Assembly (NCBI GenBank): GCA_964630235.1
Contig: CAZVUO010000001.1
Location: 917,446-981,445, forward strand
From: an uncultured bacterium
Lineage (GTDB): Bacteria > Oederibacteriota > JAAXVQ01 > JAUVAV01
DNA length: 64,000 nucleotides
Reading direction: 5' to 3'
Made by a program: the position numbers and the translations under genes. Below are positions 17,656 through 26,709 of the stretch, piece by piece (the stretch's first letter is position 1; each line of letters begins with the position of its first letter). The notes beneath the pieces were generated by a model. That model saw nothing but the letters and a program-made list of their open reading frames with translations, was not told the origin of the DNA and searched no databases.

Positions 17656-19634
17656 TCGCCGCCGGATTCGCCTTATCCCTGGGATTGCTGCTCGCGGGCG
17701 GGCTTCTGGCCTGGATGTGTTCCGGCCGTCCGGCCCTGGCCGCCATCCTGGGCAGCGCCAGCGCTTGCGCGGCCGGCGGGATCGGCTTGGCCGCGTCGCT
17801 GGCGGCCCTGCATCCGGGGAACGCCTTCAGCCTCAACTGGCCGTGGGTCATGCCCAACGCATCCTTGTCCCTGGGCGTGGATCCCCTGGCGGCGTTTTTC
17901 CTGGCAGCGCTATTCGCGGTTTCCGGCTGTGCGGCGCTCTTTGGCTGGGGGTATTTGCGGCAGGACCACGAACCAGCCCGGCAGGGCGGCCACTGGTTTT
18001 TCTTCAACCTGCTGGTGGCGAGCATGGCCGTGGTCCTGCTGGCGCGCAACGCCCTGCTGTTCCTCGTGGCCTGGGAAGTCATGACCGTGTCTTCGTATTT
18101 CTTGGTGGTGCACGATCACGAGGAAGAACGCGTCCGCAGGGCGGGATGGATTTACCTGACCGCGTCCCATATCGGCGTGCTGTTCCTTTTGGGCTTTTTC
18201 GCGCTGGCCGGCCAGCAGGCCGGCGGTTTCGAATTTTCCCGCCTCCAGAGCGCGCTCCCGGATTCCGCCGGTTGGCTGTTTTTACTCGCCTTGGCCGGCT
18301 TCGGGTTGAAGGCGGGATTCGTGCCCCTGCACGTGTGGCTGCCCGAGGCGCATCCGGCCGCGCCGAGCCACGTATCGGCGCTCCTGTCGGGCGTGATGAT
18401 CAAGCTCGGCATCTACGGCCTGTTCCGGGTCCTGACTTTTTTTGCCGAGCCGGCCGCATGGTGGGGAGGGCTCATGGTCGGCATCGGCCTGCTTTCCGGC
18501 GTTTGCGGGGTGGCTTTCGCCCTGGCGCAGCACGACCTCAAACGCCTGCTGGCCTACCACAGCGTGGAGAACATCGGCATTATCGCGCTGGGCCTGGGCC
18601 TGGCCCTGATCGGGCGCAGGCTGAACCTACCCGCGCTGGCCGCGCTCGGGGCCTTGGGCGCGCTGCTGCACGTTTGGAACCATGCATTGTTCAAAGCCCT
18701 GCTCTTTCTCGGCGCGGGCGCCGTGGTGCGTCAGACCGGACTGCGCAGCGTGGATGCCGCGGGCGGCCTGTTGAAACGCATGCCCGCCACCGGCGCGGCG
18801 TTTTTTGTGGGCGCGGCTGCCATCTGCGGCTTGCCGCCGTTCAACGGCCTGGTGAGCGAATGGCTGATCTATACGGCCGGATTCACGGGCCTGACGCAGG
18901 CGCCGGCAGCCTGGGCGCCTGCGGCCATCGCCACGGTGGCCGGCTTGGCCGCGATTGGCGGCCTGGCGCTCGCCTGCTTCGCCAAGGTTTTCGGCGCGGT
19001 CTTTCTCGGCGAACCGCGCACACCGGAGGCCGCGGCCGCCACTGAAGCCCATTGGACCCTGCTCGCGCCCATGCTCGCGCTGGCCGCCATCTGCCTGGCC
19101 ATCGGTCTGGCCGGGCCTTGGCTGTGCCTGGCTCTGAGGCCGGCCGTCTTGTCCATCCTGGGCGTCGAGGCCGCCCTCGGCGCCGGGGCCGTGGCTGTGG
19201 CCGCCGGCTGGATGCTGCGCCTGACCGGGGTCATGCTGATCCTGCTGGCCGCGACCGCGCTGATCATCTGGCTGCGGAACCGCAGACTGCGGAAGCCCGT
19301 TGCTTCCGGGCCGACGTGGGATTGCGGCTTCGCGGACCCTTCGCCCCGCATGCAGTATACGGCCGCGTCCTTCAGCCAGCCCCTGACCCGCTCCCTGGGA
19401 CTCTTGCTCAGGCCGCAAACGCAAGCCCAGCTTCCAGCCGGGCTGTTTCCCGGCCCGGCCCATTGGCGCTCCCATGTGTCCGACTTGTTCCAGCGGCTTC
19501 TGCTGGAGCCGTTGTTCCGCGGCGCGGCGGCCGGGTTGTCGTGGCTGCGCTGGCTGCAGCACGGCCGGATCCAGCTCTACGTCCTCTACATCGCCGCGGC
19601 GCTGATTCTGCTCGCCCTCTGGGGGTGGCTGTGA
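17652..19634 (+). CDS. Antiporter-like membrane subunit (NuoL/MrpA/HyfB family) of an energy-converting hydrogenase-related (Ehr-like) complex
   Basis: 660 aa, many TM helices, WLPEAHPAAPSHVSALLSGVMIKLG motif typical of the NuoL/HyfB family. Confidence 0.8.
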   Translation: MIAAGFALSLGLLLAGGLLAWMCSGRPALAAILGSASACAAGGIGLAASLAALHPGNAFSLNWPWVMPNASLSLGVDPLAAFFLAALFAVSGCAALFGWGYLRQDHEPARQGGHWFFFNLLVASMAVVLLARNALLFLVAWEVMTVSSYFLVVHDHEEERVRRAGWIYLTASHIGVLFLLGFFALAGQQAGGFEFSRLQSALPDSAGWLFLLALAGFGLKAGFVPLHVWLPEAHPAAPSHVSALLSGVMIKLGIYGLFRVLTFFAEPAAWWGGLMVGIGLLSGVCGVAFALAQHDLKRLLAYHSVENIGIIALGLGLALIGRRLNLPALAALGALGALLHVWNHALFKALLFLGAGAVVRQTGLRSVDAAGGLLKRMPATGAAFFVGAAAICGLPPFNGLVSEWLIYTAGFTGLTQAPAAWAPAAIATVAGLAAIGGLALACFAKVFGAVFLGEPRTPEAAAATEAHWTLLAPMLALAAICLAIGLAGPWLCLALRPAVLSILGVEAALGAGAVAVAAGWMLRLTGVMLILLAATALIIWLRNRRLRKPVASGPTWDCGFADPSPRMQYTAASFSQPLTRSLGLLLRPQTQAQLPAGLFPGPAHWRSHVSDLFQRLLLEPLFRGAAAGLSWLRWLQHGRIQLYVLYIAAALILLALWGWL

Positions 19635-20533
19635 TGGACCTCGCGAGCCTTCTGCTTTGGCTGGCCGCGCTGCTGCTCTCGCCACTGTGGCTGGGCCTGA
19701 TCGAGCGCGTCAAAGCGTTCTTCGCCGGCCGCCGGGGGGCGCCCCTGCTGCAGGTTTATTATGACCTGGCAAAACTCTGGGGCAAGCAGGCGGTGTACAG
19801 CCGCACGGCCACCTGGGTTTTGCGTTCCGCGCCGGCCTGGAGCCTGGCCGCGATCCTGGCAGCCACCCTGTTCGTTCCGTGGGGCGGCTGGCCGGCCCTG
19901 GCGGTTTTTCCCGGAGACATGATCGTCTTGTTCTACCTGCTGGCCCTGGCCCGCTTTGGGCTGGTGCTGGGCGCCCTGGACACGGGGTCCGCGTTCGCGG
20001 GCATGGGCGCCAGCCGCGAAGTCTGGCTCTCCGCCCTGGCCGAGCCCGTGCTGTTCCTGGGGCTGGCGGTGCTGGCGCTCCAGCACAGGCAGTGGAGCCT
20101 GACCGCGTTGCTGGGAGGCCCGGCCGGCTGGCCGGACCTCGCGGTGTGGCTGGTGGCCCTGGCGTGGGCCGTGGTGCTGGTCGTGGAAAACGCGCGCCTG
20201 CCGGTGGATGATCCGAACACGCATCTGGAACTGACCATGATCCATGAGGCCATGATTTTGGACCATAGCGGGCCGGACCTGGCGCTGGTCACGGCCGGGA
20301 GCGCCGTGAAATTTTCCATCTTCTCCGCGCTCTTGGCCGGGTTGTTCGTGCCCCAGGGGCTGGAGCCGGGCTGGCTCAAGCTCGCGGCCGCAGGGGCCGG
20401 CATGGCGGTGGCCGCCGTGGCCGTGGGGGTGACCGAGTCGGTTTTGGCCCGCTGGCGTCTGGTCAGCCTGCCGCGCCTGCTCGCGGGCGCAGCCGCTCTG
20501 GCCGTGATCGCCCTGTTGTGGGTGATGCGATGA
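19634..20533 (+). CDS. NuoH/HycD/HyfC-like membrane subunit of the Ehr-like complex
   Basis: About 299 aa polytopic protein, with HycD-like length and pattern. TGATG overlap with the upstream gene. Confidence 0.7.
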   Translation: MDLASLLLWLAALLLSPLWLGLIERVKAFFAGRRGAPLLQVYYDLAKLWGKQAVYSRTATWVLRSAPAWSLAAILAATLFVPWGGWPALAVFPGDMIVLFYLLALARFGLVLGALDTGSAFAGMGASREVWLSALAEPVLFLGLAVLALQHRQWSLTALLGGPAGWPDLAVWLVALAWAVVLVVENARLPVDDPNTHLELTMIHEAMILDHSGPDLALVTAGSAVKFSIFSALLAGLFVPQGLEPGWLKLAAAGAGMAVAAVAVGVTESVLARWRLVSLPRLLAGAAALAVIALLWVMR

Positions 20534-21219
20534 ACCTGCAACCGGATTTCATGAACGTCCTGTCGGTTTTGCTGATCCTGTGCACCCTCGCGCTGTTCGG
20601 CGCCAGCCGCCTGTCCTATTGCATCCGGGTGGCCGCGGTCCAGGGGTTTGTGCTGGGCCTGCTGCCGGTTTTCACCAGCGCGGCCGGTATGCACCCCTCG
20701 GCCTGGGTCATGTCCGGATTGGCGATAGCCCTCAAGGCGTTCGTCTTTCCCTGGCTGCTGCTGCGGGCCTTGCGCCAGGCGAATATCCGGCATGAGATCG
20801 AACCCAGCGTGGGATTCAGCTGGTCGATCTGGATCGGCATCCTGCTGCTCGCGGTCTGCGTGCTGGCCGGCCGGGGCATGGCTTCCTGGCCAGGCGCGCC
20901 CGAGGGCCTGCAGTTGCCGGCCTCCTTCTTTATGGTGCTGGCCGGATTTTTTCTGATCGCGGCCCGGCGCCAGGCCCTGACCCAGGCGGTCGGCTACCTG
21001 GTCCTCGAGAACGGCGTGTTTGTCTTCGGCAGCCTGCTGGTGCCCGAAGCGCCGCGCCTGCTGGAGTTGGCGGTGCTCCTCGACCTGTTGGCCGCGGTCT
21101 TCATCATGGGCATCGCCATCTTTCACATTCACCGGGAATTCGACCACATTGACACCAACCGGCTGAACTTTTTGCGCGATTGGCACCGGAAAGAACCCCT
21201 GCGGGAGCCGCGGCCATGA
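20530..21219 (+). CDS. HyfE-like small membrane subunit of the Ehr-like complex
   Basis: 229 aa, about 6 TM helices. ATGA overlaps on both sides. Confidence 0.6.
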   Translation: MNLQPDFMNVLSVLLILCTLALFGASRLSYCIRVAAVQGFVLGLLPVFTSAAGMHPSAWVMSGLAIALKAFVFPWLLLRALRQANIRHEIEPSVGFSWSIWIGILLLAVCVLAGRGMASWPGAPEGLQLPASFFMVLAGFFLIAARRQALTQAVGYLVLENGVFVFGSLLVPEAPRLLELAVLLDLLAAVFIMGIAIFHIHREFDHIDTNRLNFLRDWHRKEPLREPRP

Positions 21220-22655
21220 TCCTCGTCCTCGCGCTTTTGCCTCCCCTGGCCGGCGCGGCGGCCCTGCTGCTGCGCGGCCCCCGCCTGATCCGGGGCTGGC
21301 TGGTGACGGCCGCGCTCGGGCACTTTCTGCTGACCGTGGCCGCGCTGGCCGGCGCGCCAGCGCCTGCCTGGCACGGCTGGCTGGAACTGGACGCGGCCGG
21401 CAAGATTTTTTTAGGCACCACCAGCCTGTTGTTCCTGGTGGTCAGCGTGTATACGCTCGATTTCCTCCGGAGAGAAAAGCGGACGGACGCCGAGGACCGG
21501 CCCTACCCGGAGTCGGTGTTCGTGGCCTGCCTCCTGTTTTTCCTCGGCGCCATTACCTGGGTGATCCTGAGCCAGCACCTGGTCCTGCTGTGGGCGGCGG
21601 TCGAAGCCACCACGCTCTCTTCCGCGCCGCTCATTTATTTCCATCGCAACGACCGTTCCCTGGAAGCCACCTGGAAATACCTGCTCCTGTGTTCGGTCGG
21701 AATCGCCCTGGCCCTGCTCGGCACGTATTTTCTGGCCATGGCCGCGGGCGGCAGCGGCGCGGGGCTCACGCTGCGGGAACTGGCCCAGCCCGGCCAGGCC
21801 CTGCGCACGCCCTGGCTGAAAGGCGCGTGGATTTTGCTGCTGGTGGGATACGGCACCAAGATGGGCCTGGCGCCCATGCATTCCTGGCTGCCGGACGCGC
21901 ACAGCGAAGCTCCCTCGCCGGTTTCGGCCCTGCTCTCCGGCGCGCTGCTCAACGGTGCGTTCCTCGGCATCGCGCGCGTGCTCTCCGTGTGCGCGGCCTC
22001 CGGGCAGGGCGACTTTGCCCGGCAGACGCTGATCGCCCTGGGCTTGTTTTCCATGCTGGTGGCCGCGGTGTTTATCCTGGGCCAGACGGACTTCAAACGC
22101 ATGCTGGCGTTCTCTTCGGTGGAGCACATGGGCGTCCTGGCGCTCGGCTTGGGCATCGGCGGGGCGGGCGTTTACGCCTCGCTGCTGCACGCGGTCAATC
22201 ACTCCCTGGCCAAGGCCATGCTGTTTCTGCTGGCCGGCAACCTGCTGGCCGCCTTCGCGACCAAAACCATCACCGCGGTGCGGGGAGCGGGCCGCCTGCT
22301 GCCTGTCACCGGGGCCCTGTGGCTGGCAGGCTTCTTCGCCATCTCCGGCATCCCACCCTTCGGATTGTTCTGGAGCGAATGGCTGATGCTCAGGGCGGCG
22401 CTGTGGAGCGGGGCGTGGCTGGCGGGCGTGCTCTATCTGCTGTTCTTGCTGGTGGTGGTGATCGGCATGGCCTCCATCGTGGTGCGCATGGTGCAAGGCG
22501 AACTGCCGCCCGAACGGAAGCCGCTGATCGAGCGCAGCCTGGCTGTCCTTCCGCCTGCCGTACTTGCGCTCTGCGCGCTGCTGCTCGGCCTGTACCTGCC
22601 CGCGTTCCTGCGTTCGGCGCTGGAACAGGCCGCGGCCTTGTTGGGAGGCGGTTAG
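21216..22655 (+). CDS. NuoN/NuoM/HyfF-like antiporter subunit of the Ehr-like complex
   Basis: 479 aa. GTKMGLAPMHSWLPDAHSEAPSPVSALLSGALL motif. Confidence 0.75.
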   Translation: MILVLALLPPLAGAAALLLRGPRLIRGWLVTAALGHFLLTVAALAGAPAPAWHGWLELDAAGKIFLGTTSLLFLVVSVYTLDFLRREKRTDAEDRPYPESVFVACLLFFLGAITWVILSQHLVLLWAAVEATTLSSAPLIYFHRNDRSLEATWKYLLLCSVGIALALLGTYFLAMAAGGSGAGLTLRELAQPGQALRTPWLKGAWILLLVGYGTKMGLAPMHSWLPDAHSEAPSPVSALLSGALLNGAFLGIARVLSVCAASGQGDFARQTLIALGLFSMLVAAVFILGQTDFKRMLAFSSVEHMGVLALGLGIGGAGVYASLLHAVNHSLAKAMLFLLAGNLLAAFATKTITAVRGAGRLLPVTGALWLAGFFAISGIPPFGLFWSEWLMLRAALWSGAWLAGVLYLLFLLVVVIGMASIVVRMVQGELPPERKPLIERSLAVLPPAVLALCALLLGLYLPAFLRSALEQAAALLGGG

Positions 22656-24116
22656 ATGACTCCCGGGGTCCGCACCCGCAATCAGGAGGCCGTGAGCCTG
22701 AACGAGATTCCCAACCTGGACGCCGGGGCGTTTCGCGCCGCGGTGCTGGCAGCCGTGTCCAGGGGGAGCCGCTTGTCCGCCTGGTTCGCGGGGCCTGCCA
22801 TTGGGGCCGCGCGCAGGCTGTACGCGATCTTGGCCGATGACCACAGCGGCACGCTAACCTGGCTGAGCACCGGGATGGAAGATGAATGGCCAAGCCTCAC
22901 GCCGGACTGTCCCCAGGCGCACGCGTTTGAGCGGGAACTGGCGGAAGACGCGGGGCTGCATCCACAGGGGCATCCCTGGCGCAAGCCCCTCAGGCGCCTC
23001 CGCGACCACGGGGAATTCTTCCGCGTCCTCGGCGAGGAAATTCACGAGGTCGCCGTGGGGCCGGTGCACGCGGGCGTGATCGAACCCGGCCATTTCCGCT
23101 TCCAGTGCGCTGGCGAAAAAGTATTGCACCTGGAAATCGCCCTTGGATACCAGCACCGCGGCGTGGAGCAGGCGCTGCCCCAGGCCGCGCCCAGGTCGGC
23201 CATGGCCATCATCGAAACCGCGGCCGGCGATACCAGCATCGGGCATGCCCTGGCCCATGTCGGCGCGCTCGAAGCACTGTCCGCGGCCCACGTGCCGCCG
23301 CGCGGCCTGGCCGTGCGCGCCCTGGCCCTGGAACTGGAGCGCCTGGCCAACCATGCGGGCGACCTGGGCGCCCTGGCCCAGGACGTGGGCTATCTGCCCA
23401 CCGCGTCCCACTGCGGCCGCCTGCGCGGAGACCTGCTGAACCTCACGGCCGAGCTCTGCGGCAGCCGCTTCGGCCGCGGCCTGGTCCAACCCGGCGGCGC
23501 GGCTTTTGACCTGGAGCCGGAACGGGCGGCCCGCCTGGAAAACAAGCTGGTTGCCATTCTCGCGGAACTGCATTTGGCCCTGGACCTGACGTGGAACTCG
23601 CCCTCCGTGCTGGCGCGCTGGGAGCAAACCGGCCGGCTCCCGCGCAAAACCGCGCTGGACCTGGGCGTGGTGGGACCGGCGGCCCGGGCCTGCGGATTGG
23701 CTCGCGACGTCAGGCAGGATTTCGCCTCGGGCATGTACGCGCTGGCGCATATCCCCATCGCCCTGGCGCACGGCGGGGACGTTTTTTCCCGGGCCCTGGT
23801 ACGCTGGATCGAAATTCAGCGCTCGGCTGCGTTCGTGCTGGAACAGCTGGGGTCCCTGCCCGCGGGCCCGGTCCGGGACGGAATGCCGGACCTCAAGCCC
23901 CGGCTGGCCGCGGCCGCGCTGGTCGAAGGCTGGCGAGGCGAGATCTGCCACGTGGCCATGACCGGCGACGACGGCCGGCTGGCCGCGTATAAGATCGTGG
24001 ACCCGTCGTTCCACAATTGGCAGGCGTTGGCCCAGGTCATGCGCAACGGGGAGATCAGCGATTTTCCGCTGTGCAATAAAAGCTTCAACCTGTCCTACTG
24101 TGGACATGATCTATAG
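22656..24116 (+). CDS. NuoC-NuoD/HycE-like large subunit lacking all NiFe-ligating cysteines (Ehr large subunit)
   Basis: NuoC-like N-terminal part (AFERELAEDAGLHPQGHPWRKPLRR). The core GPVHAGVIEPGHFRF...LGYQHRGVEQ is hydrogenase-like. Position L1 reads ETAAGDTSIGH where a hydrogenase has ERICGICSxxH. Position L2 reads IVDPSFHNW where a hydrogenase has DPCxxCxxR. The C-terminal tail is NuoD-like (SYCGHDL). Confidence 0.8.
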   Translation: MTPGVRTRNQEAVSLNEIPNLDAGAFRAAVLAAVSRGSRLSAWFAGPAIGAARRLYAILADDHSGTLTWLSTGMEDEWPSLTPDCPQAHAFERELAEDAGLHPQGHPWRKPLRRLRDHGEFFRVLGEEIHEVAVGPVHAGVIEPGHFRFQCAGEKVLHLEIALGYQHRGVEQALPQAAPRSAMAIIETAAGDTSIGHALAHVGALEALSAAHVPPRGLAVRALALELERLANHAGDLGALAQDVGYLPTASHCGRLRGDLLNLTAELCGSRFGRGLVQPGGAAFDLEPERAARLENKLVAILAELHLALDLTWNSPSVLARWEQTGRLPRKTALDLGVVGPAARACGLARDVRQDFASGMYALAHIPIALAHGGDVFSRALVRWIEIQRSAAFVLEQLGSLPAGPVRDGMPDLKPRLAAAALVEGWRGEICHVAMTGDDGRLAAYKIVDPSFHNWQALAQVMRNGEISDFPLCNKSFNLSYCGHDL

Positions 24117-24231
24117 GCCTGCGTTTCCAGCTTCCTGATCCTTGCCGTAAACCCGGCAGACAGGGTCCGGAAGCTTCCCCCTGCGGCCCAAGAGGGGCAA
24201 GGGGAGTGGGGCACCAAACAGGAGTCACCGT

Positions 24232-24981
24232 ATGCTGAAAGCCTTGCTGGCCCGGCTGAAGACCGGATGCCGAACCCAACCTTTTCCACCCGGGTCCGCG
24301 GCGGTTTCCGACCGCTTCCGAGGCAGGCCCGAGCTATGCGCGGGCACCGGACCCGCGGACCCCGGCGCCTGCCCGACTGCCGCGTTCAGCCGGCAGGACG
24401 GGGGCTTGAACCTGGACCTGGGCCGCTGTTTGTTCTGCGGGTCCTGCCCATTTAGCCAGCCTGCGGGTCCGCTGGCGTTCAGCCGGGATTACCGGCTGGC
24501 TGCTTCCACGCGCGGAGACTTGAACCTGCGGCTCGGCGCCGAGTTCCATCCCGCCCGGCCGCTGGGCGAGAACCTGCGCCGTTTGCTGGGCCGCGCCTTG
24601 CGCCTGCGCCAGGTCAGCGCCGGCGGCTGCAACGCCTGCGAAGCCGACGCCAATGTGCTGACCACGGTCGGGTTCGACTTGGGGCGTTTCGGCATCCAAT
24701 TCGTGGCTTCGCCCAGGCACGCGGACGGGCTGCTGGTCACCGGGCCGGTCACGCTCAACATGCGGCTGGCCCTGGAAAAGACCTATGCCGCGGTGCCGGA
24801 GCCCAAGCTGGTCATCGCCTCCGGCGCGTGCGCCATTTCCGGCGGGCCGTATGCGGGGCAGAAGCAGGTCCTGAACGGCGTGGACCGGCTCCTGCCCGTG
24901 GACCTGTACGTGCCCGGCTGTCCGCCGCATCCCTTGACCCTGTTGGACGGCCTGTTGCGCCTGCTGGGCAGGATCCGCTGA
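24232..24981 (+). CDS. NuoB/HycG-like small subunit with an N-terminal ferredoxin-like (HycF-remnant) extension
   Basis: GGCNACE...ASGACAISGG...VPGCPP cluster-N2-type motifs. The N-terminal 60 aa carry CP(TAAF) and CLFCGSCP, enough for one additional [4Fe-4S] cluster. AGGAG RBS. Confidence 0.8.
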   Translation: MLKALLARLKTGCRTQPFPPGSAAVSDRFRGRPELCAGTGPADPGACPTAAFSRQDGGLNLDLGRCLFCGSCPFSQPAGPLAFSRDYRLAASTRGDLNLRLGAEFHPARPLGENLRRLLGRALRLRQVSAGGCNACEADANVLTTVGFDLGRFGIQFVASPRHADGLLVTGPVTLNMRLALEKTYAAVPEPKLVIASGACAISGGPYAGQKQVLNGVDRLLPVDLYVPGCPPHPLTLLDGLLRLLGRIR

Positions 24982-25074
24982 TCCGGCCAGCCGGAGCAGG
25001 CGCAGGGCGATTTTTAGCTTGACTTTGGCGGCCTGGGAGCCTATGCTGGCTGCCAGTCAACCACTTTTTCAGTA

Positions 25075-25110
25075 AGAGTGGGAGCAGGTCTGCCCACTCT
25101 TTTTATTTTT
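25075..25110 (+). terminator. Rho-independent terminator after the Ehr-like operon
   Basis: AGAGTGGG-agcaggtctg-CCCACTCT hairpin (8-bp stem) followed by TTTTTATTTTT. Confidence 0.65.
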
Positions 25111-25191
25111 CGGGACAGGCCGGAACGCACCCGAAAAGCCTTTTAAAATAAGCGGAAAAGTGGCGAGGCGAACCTCAAAGAGGGGCGAAAC

Positions 25192-26709
25192 ATGAGTTTG
25201 CAATTGATCGAGATCATGCGGCAGATCGAGCGGTCGCGCAAGGTGGACCGGCAGGTGGTGATCCAGGCCATTGAAGCGGCCTTGATCTCCGCTTCCCGTA
25301 AAAACCACGGTACAGCCCAGGACATCCGGGTGGCCTTCAATTCCGACACCGGTGAGCTCCTGGCGTTTTTAAAGAAGCTGGTCGTGGAGGAGGTTCACGA
25401 ACCCTGGAACGAAATCGCCCTGGAAGAGGCGCGGCGGATCAAACCGGACGCCCAACTGGGCGAAATGGTGGAAATGGGCATGATGCCCTCCGAGTTCGGC
25501 CGGATCGCGGCCCAGACCGCCAAGCAGGTCATGCTGCAGCGGGTGAGGGAGTCGGAACGCAACGCCATTTTCGAGGAATTCAAGCAGCGTCAAGGCGAAC
25601 TGCTCAACGGCGTGGTTCTGCGCGAGGAAAACCGCAACCTGATCGTGGACCTGGGCGATACGGAAGCGCTTCTGCCGGGCCGGGAACAGGTGCCGCGGGA
25701 ATTCTACAAGGCCGGCGACCGGATCAAGGTTTTTATCCTGGATGTCCGCCGCACCAGCCGGTCGCCCCAGGTCGTGGTGTCGCGCTCCCACCCGGGCCTG
25801 ATCCGCAAACTATTCGAGATGGAAGTGCCGGAAGTGGCGGACGGCGTGGTGGAGATTCGCGCCGTGTCCCGCGAAGCCGGCGCCCGCTCCAAGGTGGCCG
25901 TGGTCTCCAAGGACAAGAATGTGGACCCGGTCGGCGCCTGCGTGGGCATCAAGGGGTCCCGCATCCAGTCCATTGTCCGCGAACTGCATGGCGAAAAAAT
26001 AGACGTGATCCCCTTTGCCGAGAACGTGGAGACCCTGCTGACCTCGGCGCTGCAGCCGGCCAAGATCGCGCAGGTGGTCCTGGCGGCGGAGAACAAGCAG
26101 GCCACGGTGATCGTACAGGACGACCAGCTCGCGCTGGCCATCGGCAAGAACGGCCAGAACGTGCGCCTGGCGTCCAAACTCCTCGGCTGGAAGGTGGACA
26201 TTGTCCCGCTCTCCAAAAACCAGGAGGAGATGCGCCGCCGCGCCGAGGAAGCGTTCCTCAAAACCGCGCCGGCCCTGGACAAAATACCCGGCATTACCGC
26301 CAATCTGGCTAAAAAGCTGCAAGAGGCCGGGTACGACAGTGTGGCCAAGTTCCTGGGCAAGACCGCGGACCAGCTGACCGAGATCCAGGGTATCGGGCCC
26401 AAAACCGCCGAGAAGATCATGGAGAGCCTTAATCCCTATCTGCCCCATCCGGCCGAAAGCCGTCCGGCCGAACGCACGGCCGCCGAGCTGTTCGCCAACC
26501 TGGGCGGGCACGAGGCCGCTGCTCCCAAACCCAAAGAAATGGCGGCCGGCGACCTGTTTGCTAATTTCGACCAGGCCGCGGCCGCGACCGAGCCGCCAAC
26601 CGAAACCCCGGCCGAGGTGCAAACCGAAGCGCCGGCCGAGACGCGGGAGCGCGCGCCCCGTAAAAGCCGATCTGACGCCCCTGCAGGGGAAGGGGGTGAG
26701 GCCGTATGA
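25192..26709 (+). CDS. nusA: Transcription termination/antitermination factor NusA
   Basis: N-terminus [15 protein letters not shown]...; S1 and KH domains ([14 protein letters not shown]). AAAGAGGGG RBS. Confidence 0.92.
   Translation: MSLQLIEIMRQIERSRKVDRQVVIQAIEAALISASRKNHGTAQDIRVAFNSDTGELLAFLKKLVVEEVHEPWNEIALEEARRIKPDAQLGEMVEMGMMPSEFGRIAAQTAKQVMLQRVRESERNAIFEEFKQRQGELLNGVVLREENRNLIVDLGDTEALLPGREQVPREFYKAGDRIKVFILDVRRTSRSPQVVVSRSHPGLIRKLFEMEVPEVADGVVEIRAVSREAGARSKVAVVSKDKNVDPVGACVGIKGSRIQSIVRELHGEKIDVIPFAENVETLLTSALQPAKIAQVVLAAENKQATVIVQDDQLALAIGKNGQNVRLASKLLGWKVDIVPLSKNQEEMRRRAEEAFLKTAPALDKIPGITANLAKKLQEAGYDSVAKFLGKTADQLTEIQGIGPKTAEKIMESLNPYLPHPAESRPAERTAAELFANLGGHEAAAPKPKEMAAGDLFANFDQAAAATEPPTETPAEVQTEAPAETRERAPRKSRSDAPAGEGGEAV

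Noticed and set aside
25019-25047. TTGACT-N17-TATGCT promoter-like sequence between the Ehr small subunit gene and nusA.
   Set aside because: It lies upstream of the strong intrinsic terminator at 25075-25110, so a transcript from it would terminate after about 50 nt. It is either a chance match or part of an attenuator. Not called.
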